64,000 bases of DNA from Capsulimonadaceae bacterium (GCA_965215505.1 OZ244065.1:3584001-3648000); one strand, 5' to 3'; shown: positions 1 to 9,782, numbered from the stretch's first letter. The notes: generated by a model not told the origin, from the sequence alone. Numbers and translations are program-made.

Positions 1-42
1 CATGCGTTCCTCCTTTACTGCGGCAAACATGAGGCTTACGGG

Positions 43-336
43 ATGGCGCTCACGCGCGGGATGTTCCTCGCCAGTTTCGGGCTGGCCGGGTTAGTTGCCG
101 GCAGCCTGTTCCCCAAGCGGGCCGTGCGCGGCGCGTGTCTGGGTCTGGCCCTCTATTGGGTCGGCTGGGCCGCCGTTGACGGCATCGGGCGTGGCGGGAT
201 CTGGTCTTTCTTGTTTTACGGGGATCAAGCAGGCTGGATGCTGGCGGCGGTCGTATCGGCCTGGGCGGGCAGCCGGTCCCGGCGGGCGTGGGGAAGGCGG
301 AGGCGGGGGGCGCGGGGGCGGTTAATGCGGGGGTGA
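43..336 (+). CDS. small hypothetical membrane protein (may be the 3' part of a gene starting upstream)
   Basis: 97-aa ORF with three hydrophobic segments and a basic tail. Confidence 0.4.
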   Translation: MALTRGMFLASFGLAGLVAGSLFPKRAVRGACLGLALYWVGWAAVDGIGRGGIWSFLFYGDQAGWMLAAVVSAWAGSRSRRAWGRRRRGARGRLMRG

Positions 337-361
337 TCTTAGCGCGTGCGCCGAAGTCAGT

Positions 362-447
362 CCCGGCCCTGAAGGGCCGGTCTCCTCCCGGCTTCGCCGG
401 CGGGCCGCCCCTTCGGGGCTGAGGACCGTGTTGTAGGGGCGCGATTC
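362..447. repeat. REP-like palindromic cluster
   Basis: CCGGCCCTGAAGGGCCGGTCT unit (also at ~3566 and ~36191; inverted at ~24409) followed by GTAGGGGCGCGATTCATCGCGCCC. Confidence 0.7.
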
Positions 448-475
448 ATCGCGCCCTCGTTCCCTGTCCGCGCCC

Positions 476-1396
476 CTACGGTTGCGGACCGCCCTCCGCC
501 TCGGCCAGCCACCCTTCCCGCGCCGCGCCCATGCGCGTCCGCCAGGCTTCGGTCTCGCCCGCGCCGAGCCGCTGCACGAAGCCGAGCGAGACCCAGGCGG
601 CGTACAGGGCCACCAGCGCCCGCTGGTCCGCCGTTAGGGCCAGCAGCCGGCAGAGTTCGTCCACATAGAACAGTTCGCGCGTGCCGACATCACAGACCAC
701 GGCCGTCGCGGTCAGGCCCAGCCAGAACAGCGGGTCGCCGTAGCAGACGGCGTCGAAGTCCACCAGCCCCTGCAATTCGCCGCCCGACACGATGACGTTC
801 TTGGTCGTGATGTCGTCCAGGAAACAGGTGGGCGGGTGGTGACGGAAGTAGCCCTCGCGCGACGCGAGGAGCGCGGCGAGGCGCGGCTCCCACAGGCCCG
901 CCGTGGCCGCCTCCTCGGCGCGGAGCAGGTCCCACAGCGACGCGAACGGCCCCGGCTCGCCGAGCGGGACGTAGCCGAAGCCGGTCCCCGCCGGCAAGGC
1001 CATGACGCGCTTATGGAAGCCGGCGATCTGCCCGGCCAGATGCGTCATCTGCCCCTCGGTCATGGCGGGCAGCTCGTACCGCAGGTCGCAGCCCGGTATC
1101 CTTTCCAGCAGCATCCAGCCGAACGGGAAGCGGCCCGCCGTAAGGTCTGCGGCCAGGACGCGCGAAACCGGCAGGCCCAGCCCGGCCAGGGCCGCCAGGG
1201 TGTGCGCGGTCCCGGCGAAGGTCTGGGCGTCATCATTGGTGCGGACGATGACGTTTCGCCCGGCCAGGGCCACGTCGAAGGTCAGGCTCCGGTGGCCGAA
1301 GTCCTGGTGCGTGACCGTCACGGGTTCCTCGCCCAGAACGTCCCGCACCAGGGCGCGCACCTGCCCCGCCCGGTCTTGAACGGCCTCGGGCCTCAC
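476..1396 (-). CDS. aminoglycoside phosphotransferase (APH)/kinase-like protein
   Basis: FLDDITTKNVIV and GLVDFDAVCYGDP motifs; GTG start overlaps the upstream TGA. Confidence 0.75.
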   Translation of the reverse strand: MRPEAVQDRAGQVRALVRDVLGEEPVTVTHQDFGHRSLTFDVALAGRNVIVRTNDDAQTFAGTAHTLAALAGLGLPVSRVLAADLTAGRFPFGWMLLERIPGCDLRYELPAMTEGQMTHLAGQIAGFHKRVMALPAGTGFGYVPLGEPGPFASLWDLLRAEEAATAGLWEPRLAALLASREGYFRHHPPTCFLDDITTKNVIVSGGELQGLVDFDAVCYGDPLFWLGLTATAVVCDVGTRELFYVDELCRLLALTADQRALVALYAAWVSLGFVQRLGAGETEAWRTRMGAAREGWLAEAEGGPQP

Positions 1397-1719
1397 TCCG
1401 ACTCGTACTCCTGCGCGTCCGCGAGGGCGGCGTCGAACCACTCCCCGAAGCCCGCGTAGTGCCGCGCCGCGCCGCCGTCCTGCGCCTCCAGGTCCTCGAA
1501 CACCAGGACGGCCTTGCCCGCCCCGTCGGGGCCTTTGTCGAAGCAGGCCACGGCGTCCGTGTCGGTCCGCCGGGCGATGGCGACCAGGTTCCGGCCCGGA
1601 CGCCGCTCGCGCAGCCGGGCCGTCTGCGACTCGATGCCGTCCTCGTCCAGCATCTCCCACGGGGCGATGCTGTCCGGAGCGTCCGCCGCCGTGAGTTCCT
1701 TGCGCTTGCGTTTGAACAT
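1393..1719 (-). CDS. hypothetical protein, SMI1/KNR4-like
   Basis: PWEML...LVAIARRTDTDAVACFD...FGEWF pattern; translationally coupled to the next gene. Confidence 0.55.
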   Translation of the reverse strand: MFKRKRKELTAADAPDSIAPWEMLDEDGIESQTARLRERRPGRNLVAIARRTDTDAVACFDKGPDGAGKAVLVFEDLEAQDGGAARHYAGFGEWFDAALADAQEYESE

Positions 1720-1723
1720 GTGG

Positions 1724-2497
1724 CTAGGCTGCTTTCTTCGCCTGCGTGAAGCGGTCGTTGACGAAGTCCCAGTTGACCGTGTTGTACCAGGCGGCGACGT
1801 AGTCCGCACGCCGGTTCTGGTACTTGAGGTAGTAGGCGTGTTCCCAGACGTCTATCCCCAGCAGGGGCGTCCGGCCCAGCATCAGCGGGCTGTCCTGGTT
1901 GGCCGTGGACTCCACCTTCAGCGTGCCGTCGGGCGCGAGCGAGAGCCAGGCCCAGCCGCTGCCGAACTGGCCCAGGGCGGCCTTGGTGAGCTGGTCCTGG
2001 AACTGCGTGTAGGACCCGAACTGCTTGTCCACCGCCGAGGCAAGGTCCGCGGTCGGCTTGCCGCCCCCGCCCTTCTTCATCAGGGGCCAGAACAGGGAGT
2101 GGTTGTAGTGCCCGCCGCCGTTGTTGCGGACGACTTTGAACGTCGGGTCGGTCGGGTCCGTGATGCCGAAGGAGGCGGCGAGGAGCAGGCCGCGCACGAG
2201 CGCGGCGGGGTCGCCGCCCGCCGTCAGGGCGGGCGGCAGCTTGGCGGCGACCGCGTTCAGGTTCTTCACATAGGTGGCGTGGTGCCTGTCGTGGTGGAGC
2301 ATCATCGTTTGGGCATCGATGTACGGCTCCAGGGCGTCGAACGCATACGGCAGCGGCGGCAGCGTGAACGGCCCCGCTGCCATGGGGGCGGCGGGCGCGG
2401 CGGGCGTCGCCTGGCCCCAGGCAGGGAGGTGAGCGGCGGCGGCAAAGGCCGCCGCCGAGAACAGGGCCGTCTTGATGGCGTCACGTCGGGTCAGCAT
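1724..2497 (-). CDS. sodA: Fe/Mn superoxide dismutase with Tat signal peptide
   Basis: [35 protein letters not shown] and DVWEHAYY motifs; N-terminal TRRDAIK twin-arginine leader. Confidence 0.93.
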   Translation of the reverse strand: MLTRRDAIKTALFSAAAFAAAAHLPAWGQATPAAPAAPMAAGPFTLPPLPYAFDALEPYIDAQTMMLHHDRHHATYVKNLNAVAAKLPPALTAGGDPAALVRGLLLAASFGITDPTDPTFKVVRNNGGGHYNHSLFWPLMKKGGGGKPTADLASAVDKQFGSYTQFQDQLTKAALGQFGSGWAWLSLAPDGTLKVESTANQDSPLMLGRTPLLGIDVWEHAYYLKYQNRRADYVAAWYNTVNWDFVNDRFTQAKKAA

Positions 2498-2501
2498 GGG
2501 T

Positions 2502-3197
2502 CTAGTCTCCTTCTCGTGGCAGTAGATCGGCGAAGACGAAGCCGTCGCGGGTGACGACCTCGCCCGCCGTGGTTGGGATCGAGCGTGAGAACATCGGCCC
2601 TCCGTGGGCGAACGTGTGGAACTCGCCGCCCTCGCCGCAGGGGTCCACGTCCGGCGGCAGGTCTCTGAGCAGGGCCGCATCAAAAGCGCGGCCCGCAAAC
2701 GAGGTGGGCAGCCGCCTCGGGTCCACGCAGGTCAGCCGCGCTTCCAGGCCGCCCGCGATCATCTCCCGCGCCAGCGTATCGGTCGGCAAGCCCCACAGCG
2801 GGAACAGCGGCGTCAGCCCCGTCCCGGCCAGCTGACGCTCCCGGTAGGCGCGGACCTCCTCTAGAAACAGGTCCCCGAACGCGATGTGCGTCACGCCCCA
2901 CGTCTCGCGCGCCTCGGCCAGCGCCAACCCCAGAGCCGCCTCGTACTCGGCATTGGAACACGGCCACGGCAGCGGGACTTGCAGCAACGGCAAGCCCGCC
3001 GCCTCCGCCTGGGCCTCCAAGAGCGCCCGCCGGACGGCGTGCATGGCGACCCGGTCGAAGGCCGCGTTCAAGGTCGTCAGCAGCCCGGCGACCTCAACGG
3101 CCCCGCTCTGGCGCAAAGTGTGCAGCGCCCAGGCGGCGTCCTTGCCGCTGCTCCAGGACAGCAGGGCGCGCGGCCTGACGGGGGTGGGGGACGGCAT
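2502..3197 (-). CDS. Dph6-like adenine nucleotide alpha-hydrolase (PP-loop ATPase)
   Basis: SWSSGKD, FGDLFL and [12 protein letters not shown] motifs. Confidence 0.85.
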   Translation of the reverse strand: MPSPTPVRPRALLSWSSGKDAAWALHTLRQSGAVEVAGLLTTLNAAFDRVAMHAVRRALLEAQAEAAGLPLLQVPLPWPCSNAEYEAALGLALAEARETWGVTHIAFGDLFLEEVRAYRERQLAGTGLTPLFPLWGLPTDTLAREMIAGGLEARLTCVDPRRLPTSFAGRAFDAALLRDLPPDVDPCGEGGEFHTFAHGGPMFSRSIPTTAGEVVTRDGFVFADLLPREGD

Positions 3198-3255
3198 GGG
3201 GTGTAGTTCCCGCTTGCCCGCCCTGTTTCCTGCCTCCGTGTGCTATAATCCTGTC

Positions 3256-3483
3256 ATGGAAGTTCCTACAACGCTTTCCTCGGCACGGCCTGTCTCGACA
3301 CCAACACTGGAAGGGCAGGTCCAGCGCAAGCTAGAGGCGCTTTTTCCTCCCGCAGAAGCGCGGCGCTGGCTGGAAGCACCGCAAGCGCAACTTGACGGCA
3401 GCCCACGCGAGCTGATGGCGCGCGGCGAAGCCGAGCGCGTCCTGCGTATGCTGACCCGCTTGGAGCAGGGCATCCCGACCTGA
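3256..3483 (+). CDS. Xre/MbcA/ParS-type antitoxin C-terminal domain protein
   Basis: LF...ARRWLEAPQAQLDGSPRELM...ERVLRMLTRLEQG pattern. Confidence 0.65.
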   Translation: MEVPTTLSSARPVSTPTLEGQVQRKLEALFPPAEARRWLEAPQAQLDGSPRELMARGEAERVLRMLTRLEQGIPT

Positions 3484-3564
3484 CGCGGCGCGGCGGCTTC
3501 CACACCCCCCAAGGCGTCCCGGCACGCGAGGCGGTCCCGCCCGTCGCGTCTGCCACGGATATGA

Positions 3565-3880
3565 CCCGGCCCTGAAGGGCCGGTCTACTCTGGAATGAAA
3601 ACCGCTGCGCGGTTGAAAATCAGCCCGTAGGGGCACCGCTTGCCGCGCCCTCTTTCCCATCCTTGTTCTTGCCGCACCTTCATCAGAGAGGGCGTGATGG
3701 ATCGCGCCCCTGCACCGAATGCCTCCCCGAAGCTTCAAAGAGGCGGCCCATCCGTGTAGGCCGTCGGTTTAACGCCGGGTCTTCCGCGACCGTGGTGACA
3801 GGGGTAGGGCGGCGTCCCCCCGCCCTTGCCCTCCCACCCTATGGTTCTTGTCCGGTGCCCTGGGCTTCAACCCGTGGCTT
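3565..3880. repeat. cluster of REP-like palindromes
   Basis: several GTAGGG(G)C...GCCC hairpins; 3725-3780 is inversely related to 56961-57012. Confidence 0.6.
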
Positions 3881-3901
3881 CCCTGTTGAGCGAGCGAGCT
3901 T

Positions 3902-5023
3902 ATGAAAGTCATCGTCGTCGGCATCGGCGGGACCGGCAGCGCGGCGGCGCGCTTCCTGGCGCGGGCAGGCCATGAAGTGGTCGCCTTCGAGCAGTTCGCC
4001 GTCGGGCACGCCCTGGGCAGCTCGCACGGCCAGTCGCGCATCATCCGGTACACCTACCCGGACGAGGTCTACACCCGCATGATGGGCGCGGCTTACCCCC
4101 TGTGGCTGGCCTTGCAGGAGGAGGCGGGCGAAAGCCTGCTGGCGCGCACCGGCGGCGTCTTCTTCGGGGACAAGTCCGGCCCGCTCCTCGCGTCGGCGCG
4201 GGCCGCGCTGGCGGGGAATGGTGTCGCCCACGAGATGCTGGACGCCGCCGAAGCGTCGGGCCGCTTCCCCGCCCTGCGCCTGGCGGGCACCGAGGCCGCC
4301 CTGTATCAGCCGGATATGGGCTACCTGCGCTCCACGGCCTGCGTCTTGGCGAACGTCCGGCTGGCGCGCTCGCTGGGCGCGGACATCCGGGAGCAGACCG
4401 CCGTTTCCGCCGTGACCCAGCGCGGCGACAAAGCCGTCGTCACGGCAGGGGACGGGGAGCAGCATGAGGCCGACCGGGTCATCGTCACGGCAGGCCCGTG
4501 GATGGGCCGGCTATTTTCCTCCCTCAACCTGCCCCTGCGCGTCACCCGCCAGCAGGTCGTCTACCTGGAGCCTGAGCCGGAAAAGGCGCGGGACTTCGAG
4601 GCGGACCGCCTGCCGGTCTGGATAGACGCCGACGCCAACCTGTACGGCTTCCCCGCAGACGGCCACATCGCGGGCGTCAAGCTGGCTTCGCACGACCTGG
4701 GCGAACCCGCAGACCCCGACGCCGCCCGCCGCCCGCCGGACGAGGCTTATGCGGCCCAGATGGCGGGCTACGCCGCCGCCCGGTTTGTCGGCCTGACCGG
4801 GAGGGTGACACACGCCCAGACCTGCCTCTACACCAGCACCCCCAATGAGGACTTCATCCTGGACGCCGCCCCCGACATGCCCCACGTCTGGCTCGTCAGC
4901 GGCTGCTCCGGTCACGGCTTCAAGTTCACCGTCCTGCTCGGCAGGCTCGCCGCCGAGGCCGCGACATCAGGCGTGACGCCGCCCTACCTCTCCCGCTTCG
5001 CCCTGGCCCGCTTCCTGCCTTGA
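3902..5023 (+). CDS. solA: N-methyl-L-tryptophan oxidase / monomeric sarcosine oxidase
   Basis: GIGGTG FAD-binding motif, GSSHGQSRIIR, CLYT and SGHGFKF. Confidence 0.85.
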   Translation: MKVIVVGIGGTGSAAARFLARAGHEVVAFEQFAVGHALGSSHGQSRIIRYTYPDEVYTRMMGAAYPLWLALQEEAGESLLARTGGVFFGDKSGPLLASARAALAGNGVAHEMLDAAEASGRFPALRLAGTEAALYQPDMGYLRSTACVLANVRLARSLGADIREQTAVSAVTQRGDKAVVTAGDGEQHEADRVIVTAGPWMGRLFSSLNLPLRVTRQQVVYLEPEPEKARDFEADRLPVWIDADANLYGFPADGHIAGVKLASHDLGEPADPDAARRPPDEAYAAQMAGYAAARFVGLTGRVTHAQTCLYTSTPNEDFILDAAPDMPHVWLVSGCSGHGFKFTVLLGRLAAEAATSGVTPPYLSRFALARFLP

Positions 5024-5031
5024 CCCGGCAC

Positions 5032-5061
5032 TTGACTTAGGCCGCCGCCGGGGGCTATACT
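5032..5061 (+). promoter_or_regulatory. sigma70-type promoter of tRNA-Leu
   Basis: TTGACT-18 nt-TATACT, 15 nt upstream of the tRNA. Confidence 0.7.
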
Positions 5062-5076
5062 TCCTTGGCGATTCAC

Positions 5077-5412
5077 GCCTAGGTGGTGGAATGGCAGACA
5101 CAGGGGACTTAGAGAATTGGGTCGCGGTCGGGGAAACCCGGCCGTAGCAGCTCCCTAATTCGGGGAACTCTAAACCCTGCACCGAGCAGGGCAAGACAAT
5201 CCCGAGCTAGGCGCACTGGTCATCCCAGCGCGCCGAGTGTAGAGACTGTACAGGAGCTATCTAAACCGCCAGGTTGTTGTCCCGGCGGCAGGATAAAGAG
5301 ACAGTCCAGACCACAAACGGCCTTTCCATGGAGAGGCAGGCCGCGAAAGCGGTAGCGGTAAGTAAAATCCCCCGAGGGCGACCTCATAAGGGTTCGAGTC
5401 CCTTCCTTGGCA
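5077..5412 (+). tRNA. trnL: tRNA-Leu(UAA), intron-containing (exons 5077-5109 and 5363-5412)
   Basis: acceptor GCCTAGG/CCTTGGC-A, D-arm GTGGAATGGCAGACAC, spliced anticodon arm GGGGA-CTTAAAA-TCCCC, long variable arm, T-arm AAGGG-TTCGAGT-CCCTT; CCA not encoded. Confidence 0.93.
5110..5362 (+). ncRNA. group I self-splicing intron (253 nt, no ORF)
   Basis: P AATTCGGGGAA, Q AATCCCGAGC, R GTAGAGACTG, S AAGAGACAGTCC; P3 GCTCC/GGAGC; P1 GACU|UA...UGGGUC with U.G pair; terminal G. Confidence 0.92.
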
Positions 5413-5461
5413 TTGGTTGATGGGACGCGGCGGCCTCTACGGACGGCTGACGAGAGGCCGA

Positions 5462-5628
5462 AGGACGAGCCGGAAAGACGAGTGATTGAAATCACTCGCT
5501 TCGGCAGGATTTGTCCAGGGGACAACCGGACGGGAGGATGCCGAACATGCTCCCCTTCCCTCTTCTGTCCCCTGGACAGGTCCGGCGGCAGCGAGTGATT
5601 TCAATCACTCGTCTTTCCGGCTCGTCCT
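5462..5628. repeat. REPIN/MITE-like element with long terminal inverted repeats
   Basis: AGGACGAGCCGGAAAGACGAGTGATTGAAATCACTCGCT and its reverse complement; related copies at ~49729 and 61000-61174. Confidence 0.8.
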
Positions 5629-5692
5629 AACCCGGCCTCACTCATTCCCGAGCGTCAGGCACAAACCGCGCCCGTCCGGTGTTAGTAAAGAC

Positions 5693-6013
5693 ATGAGCGG
5701 TACGTTCCATTGTCCCCTCTGCGAGCGCGAGGGGGCATTTCTTATGCCCTCCAAACATCACCTCGTCCCCAAATCGAAGGACGGGCGCGTCACGGTGGAG
5801 ATTTGCGCGGACTGCCACCGGCAGATCCACGCCCTGTTCACGCTGCAAGAGCTGGAGCGCGAACACAACACCATTGAGGCCCTGCGAGCGACCGAGCCGA
5901 TGCGGCGCTGGATCAAGTGGGCGGGCAAACAGGGCGGGGGCCGCGTCGCGGTCCGGGCCAGCCACGCGAAGAAGAATTGGCACCAGAAGGATAAAGTTTA
6001 TGGCGCAATATGA
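5693..6013 (+). CDS. small HNH endonuclease-like protein
   Basis: CPLC...HHLVPKSKDG...ICADCHRQIH. Confidence 0.75.
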   Translation: MSGTFHCPLCEREGAFLMPSKHHLVPKSKDGRVTVEICADCHRQIHALFTLQELEREHNTIEALRATEPMRRWIKWAGKQGGGRVAVRASHAKKNWHQKDKVYGAI

Positions 6014-7511
6014 CGTAGACCTCATGGTCATCGGCGGCGGGCCGGGCGGATACCCCGCCGCCATCCACGCGGCCAAGATGGGCGCGAAAGTGGCCTGCAT
6101 TGACTTCGACAATGCCGGCGGGACCTGCCTCAACTGGGGCTGCATCCCGACAAAGACGATGATCGGGTCGGTCGCCGCGTTGGAGACGGCCCGGCACGCC
6201 GCCGACTTCGGCCTGACCATCACGGGCGAGGTCGGCTTCGACTTCGGGGCGGTCATGGCCCGCAAGGACAAGATCGTCAAGACCCTGGTGGGCGGCGTCG
6301 AGTTCCTGTTCAAGAAGAGCGGCGTCCGGTTCATCAAGGGCAAGGGGCGCTTGATTGACCCGCACACGGTCGAGGTGACTTTAGAGGACGGCAAGACCGA
6401 GACGGTCACTGCCGCCAACATCATTATCGCCACCGGCAGCGTCCCCTCCCGCGTCCCCATCCAGGGCCTGGACGGCGGCGGGGCCGACTCGGACGTCTTC
6501 ATTGACAACCGCGAGGCGAAGAAGCGCCGGGCGGCGGGCACGCTGGGCACGACCGCTTTGTGGACCTCGAACGAGGCCGTGTCGGCGGGCGAAGTCCCCA
6601 AGCGGCTGGCCGTCATCGGCGGCGGCGTCATCGGCTGCGAGTTCGCCTACACTTACCGGGGCTTGGGGGCCGAAGTCACCGTGGTCGAGTTCCGGCCCAA
6701 CATCCTGCACGGCCCTCGGGACGCCCCCGCGTTCGACACCGAGATTTCGGGCGAATTGCAGAAGCTCATGGTCAAGGCGGGCGTCAAGTTCCTCCTCAGC
6801 ACTAAGGTGGTGGCCGTGGACGTGCCGGGCCGCAAGCTGAAATATGTCAGCGAGAAGGGCGACGGGGAACTAGAGTTCGACAAGCTGCTGGTCGCCGTGG
6901 GCCGCAAGGCCTTCGTGGACGGCGTCGGCCTTGAAGCCGCAGGCGTCCAGTTCGATGGCCGCGCCGTCGCCACCGACGACTTCATGCGGACCAATGTCCC
7001 GCACATCTACGCCATCGGCGACGTGGCCGCCCATGAGCAGCCCTTCCACGGGACCTACGGCGGCGGCCTGGCCCACGTCGCCACCCGCGAGGGCGAGGTG
7101 GCGGCCGAGAACGCCTTGGGCCATCAGACCAAGATGGACTGGCGCGCGATCCCGAACTGCGTCTACACCGAACCCGAGGTGGCCTGCACCGGCCTGACCG
7201 AGCAGCAGGCGCGCGAAGCGGGCTACGATGTCAAGGTCGGCAAGTTCACCTTCAAGTCGCTCGGCAAGGCCATGGCGATCAACGAGAACGTCGGCCTGGT
7301 CAAGATCGTCACCGACGGCAAGTACGGCGAGATTCTGGGCGTCCACATCGTCGGCCCCCACGCCACCGACCTGATCCACGAGGCCTGCGTCTCGATCAAA
7401 TTAGAGTCCACCATTGAGGAGCTGATGCACACCATCCACGCCCACCCAACCTTGTCCGAGGCCATCATGGAAGCCGCCCAGGACGTCAAGGGCGAGAGCG
7501 TCCACAAGTAG
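6000..7511 (+). CDS. lpdA: dihydrolipoyl dehydrogenase
   Basis: GGGPGG, GGTCLNWGCIPTK, GGGVIG and HAHPTLSE motifs. Confidence 0.93.
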   Translation: MAQYDVDLMVIGGGPGGYPAAIHAAKMGAKVACIDFDNAGGTCLNWGCIPTKTMIGSVAALETARHAADFGLTITGEVGFDFGAVMARKDKIVKTLVGGVEFLFKKSGVRFIKGKGRLIDPHTVEVTLEDGKTETVTAANIIIATGSVPSRVPIQGLDGGGADSDVFIDNREAKKRRAAGTLGTTALWTSNEAVSAGEVPKRLAVIGGGVIGCEFAYTYRGLGAEVTVVEFRPNILHGPRDAPAFDTEISGELQKLMVKAGVKFLLSTKVVAVDVPGRKLKYVSEKGDGELEFDKLLVAVGRKAFVDGVGLEAAGVQFDGRAVATDDFMRTNVPHIYAIGDVAAHEQPFHGTYGGGLAHVATREGEVAAENALGHQTKMDWRAIPNCVYTEPEVACTGLTEQQAREAGYDVKVGKFTFKSLGKAMAINENVGLVKIVTDGKYGEILGVHIVGPHATDLIHEACVSIKLESTIEELMHTIHAHPTLSEAIMEAAQDVKGESVHK

Positions 7512-7520
7512 GGGCGGCCC

Positions 7521-7645
7521 GCCGGGGCTGTGGAAAGCCCCGGCAGGGGATGTCCTTCGGACCGGGGATTCAGGATTTCTCCTTCGGCCCCCTCCCTCTT
7601 CGCCCGAAGGGCGGCACACTGCCGGGGCTTTCCACAGCCCCGGCA
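7521..7645. repeat. inverted REP-like pair
   Basis: GCCGGGGCTGTGGAAAGCCCCGGCAG and its reverse complement; a related unit at ~48312. Confidence 0.65.
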
Positions 7646-7716
7646 CCTATGGCAAAGCAGCCCTCGTACCGCCCGGTGCGGGGGCTGTCGTCTTTTCACC
7701 CCCCAAGGAGAACGTC

Positions 7717-8922
7717 ATGCGGGTCACGGAGTTACACATCCAGGGCTACCGGACCTTGAAAGATGTTCGCTGGCAGCCGGGCGCGCTGAACATCGTCATC
7801 GGCCCGAACGCCAGTGGCAAATCCAACCTGCTGAAGTTCCTGCGGCTCATCAGCGCCTCTGCGCGGGCGGGCCTTAATGATTTGGTGCTGCGTGAGGGCG
7901 GCATGGGGGCTATCCTGTGGGGCGGTAAAGGCGAAGAGATTTCCTTTGCCTTGCTTGTTGGTGAGCCAGAGTTGACGCAGGCGGAGGACTTTCAATATGG
8001 TTCTTCGCTGAGACGCCTTGGGGCCAGTGCTGGTTTCGTAGTGGACATGGAGGCTTTGGTTAGCTTATATAGCCGAGGAGAGAACTTTGAGGAAGGGTCT
8101 GAGTATATGCTACGGACACAAACCGAGGCAAACTACCATGACCCCAATGGTACTTTTATTCTTGACCCGCGGGAGTTGAATGCTTCGGAAACATTGTTGG
8201 GACAAATCAGTGGGCTAACCCCGCAGTCGCCGGAGATCAAAAGCTTCCGGCAGTTCCTTAGCGGCTGGTCCATCTACGACGACATCCACACCGAGAGCGG
8301 GACGGCCATCCGCCGCGCCGTCACCTCCCGCTTCGACGAGCGCCTGGATGCGGACGGGCAGAACCTCGCGTCCGTCCTGCACACCCACTACACCAACGAC
8401 ATGGACTTCAAAGACCGCGTGGACGAGGCGATGCGGGCCGCCTTCGGCGAGGACTACCGGGGCCTGGCCTTCCCACCCGCCGCCGACCAGCAGATTCAAC
8501 TCGCGGTCCAGTGGAACACCCCCAAGCGCCCGCAGTCGGCGGCCAGCCTGTCCGACGGCACGTTGCGGTTTCTGTGCCTGCTGGCCGTGCTCGCCCAGCC
8601 GAACCCGCCCGGCCTGATCGCCTTCGATGAGCCGGAGACGGGCCTGCACCCCCGGATGATGCGGATCGTGGCGGAGCTAGCGGAGGATGCCGCACTGCGA
8701 ACGCAGGTGATTTTCACCACCCACTCCGCCGCCTTCCTGGACGGGTTCAGCAAGGAGACGCCCCCGACGACGACCGTGGTAGCCCTGGCGGACGGCCAGA
8801 GTGCGCTAAAAACGGTCCAGGCGGAGGAACTGGCCGGGTGGCTCGAAGACTACTCGCTGGGGTCGCTCTACCAGAGTCGGACACTGGAGAACCTGTCGGA
8901 AGCCGGGGCCGCCCGCCCATGA
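7717..8922 (+). CDS. ABC-type AAA ATPase (AAA_21-like)
   Basis: GPNASGKSN Walker A, LSDGT signature, FDEPETGLHP Walker B, TTHS H-loop. Confidence 0.88.
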   Translation: MRVTELHIQGYRTLKDVRWQPGALNIVIGPNASGKSNLLKFLRLISASARAGLNDLVLREGGMGAILWGGKGEEISFALLVGEPELTQAEDFQYGSSLRRLGASAGFVVDMEALVSLYSRGENFEEGSEYMLRTQTEANYHDPNGTFILDPRELNASETLLGQISGLTPQSPEIKSFRQFLSGWSIYDDIHTESGTAIRRAVTSRFDERLDADGQNLASVLHTHYTNDMDFKDRVDEAMRAAFGEDYRGLAFPPAADQQIQLAVQWNTPKRPQSAASLSDGTLRFLCLLAVLAQPNPPGLIAFDEPETGLHPRMMRIVAELAEDAALRTQVIFTTHSAAFLDGFSKETPPTTTVVALADGQSALKTVQAEELAGWLEDYSLGSLYQSRTLENLSEAGAARP

Positions 8923-9647
8923 AGTTCATCCTGCTCCTGGAAGGGGCCACCGAGGAGAAGGGAGTACCCGGCTTCCTCAACCGGTGGCTGAACCAGTTCT
9001 TCGCCGTGGGCGTCGGCGTTCAGCCCGACACGTTTGAGGGTTGGCCGGACCTCCACGACAGCGCCCCCAAGAAGGCGGCGCGCTTTCTCACCGACGCCCG
9101 CTCCCCCGACGTCATCGCCGTCGTCTCGCTCCTGGACCTATACGGCCCGACGTTCTATCCCGCCGACACAGTGACGGTGAGCGAGCGATACGCCTGGGGC
9201 ACTGAGTACATGGAAGGCCGCGTCCGGCAATACTTCCACGGCAAGGGGCTTTCGGACGATCTCGCGGCGAAGTACCGGCACTTCTTCGCCGTCCACGAGA
9301 CAGAAGCGTGGTTTCTGGCACAGCCTTCCCTGTTCCCCGACGAAATCCGCCAGTTCCTGGAGAAGCAGCCAAAGGCACCGGAGGCCGTCAACTTCCAAAC
9401 GCCCCCCGGCAAGATGCTCCAACAGCAGTACCTACAAAAGCTAAAGGTGCGCTACCCCAAGACCACAAAGGCCCGAAACTTCTTCCCGCGCCTTGACACG
9501 GAAATGGTCGTGAGCCGCTGCCCCTATCTGAAGGCGATGCTCCACGAACTCAGACAGATGGCCCTGGACGCCGGGGTGCCGCCCAAAGGCGATTGGCATT
9601 CAGTGGCAGCGATGGAAGCCGCCCAGGACGAGAGCATCCGCAGGTAG
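8919..9647 (+). CDS. DUF4276 family (Toprim-like) protein
   Basis: LLEGATEE, LLDLYG, VHETEAWFLA, PEAVN and CPYLK motifs; ATGA overlap with the ATPase. Confidence 0.75.
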   Translation: MKFILLLEGATEEKGVPGFLNRWLNQFFAVGVGVQPDTFEGWPDLHDSAPKKAARFLTDARSPDVIAVVSLLDLYGPTFYPADTVTVSERYAWGTEYMEGRVRQYFHGKGLSDDLAAKYRHFFAVHETEAWFLAQPSLFPDEIRQFLEKQPKAPEAVNFQTPPGKMLQQQYLQKLKVRYPKTTKARNFFPRLDTEMVVSRCPYLKAMLHELRQMALDAGVPPKGDWHSVAAMEAAQDESIRR

Positions 9648-9782
9648 GGGCGGACCCCCGTGTCCGCCCTTTCTAGGGCGGGTCCCCCGGCGACAATGAG
9701 ACAGCCCCCGCGCCATCGGCGCGGGGGCCGTCGTCTTTCTCCATGGCCGTCCAGGTCCCGTCGCACGCATCGTCTGCGGCCA

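Noticed and set aside
5109-5363. Cyanobacterial-type 34/35 intron position
   Set aside because: That would force the intron to end in T, not the obligatory terminal G.
5693-6013. HNH gene as the homing endonuclease of the tRNA intron
   Set aside because: It lies outside the intron, is very small, overlaps the lpdA start and resembles a widespread stand-alone HNH family; there is no evidence of a link.
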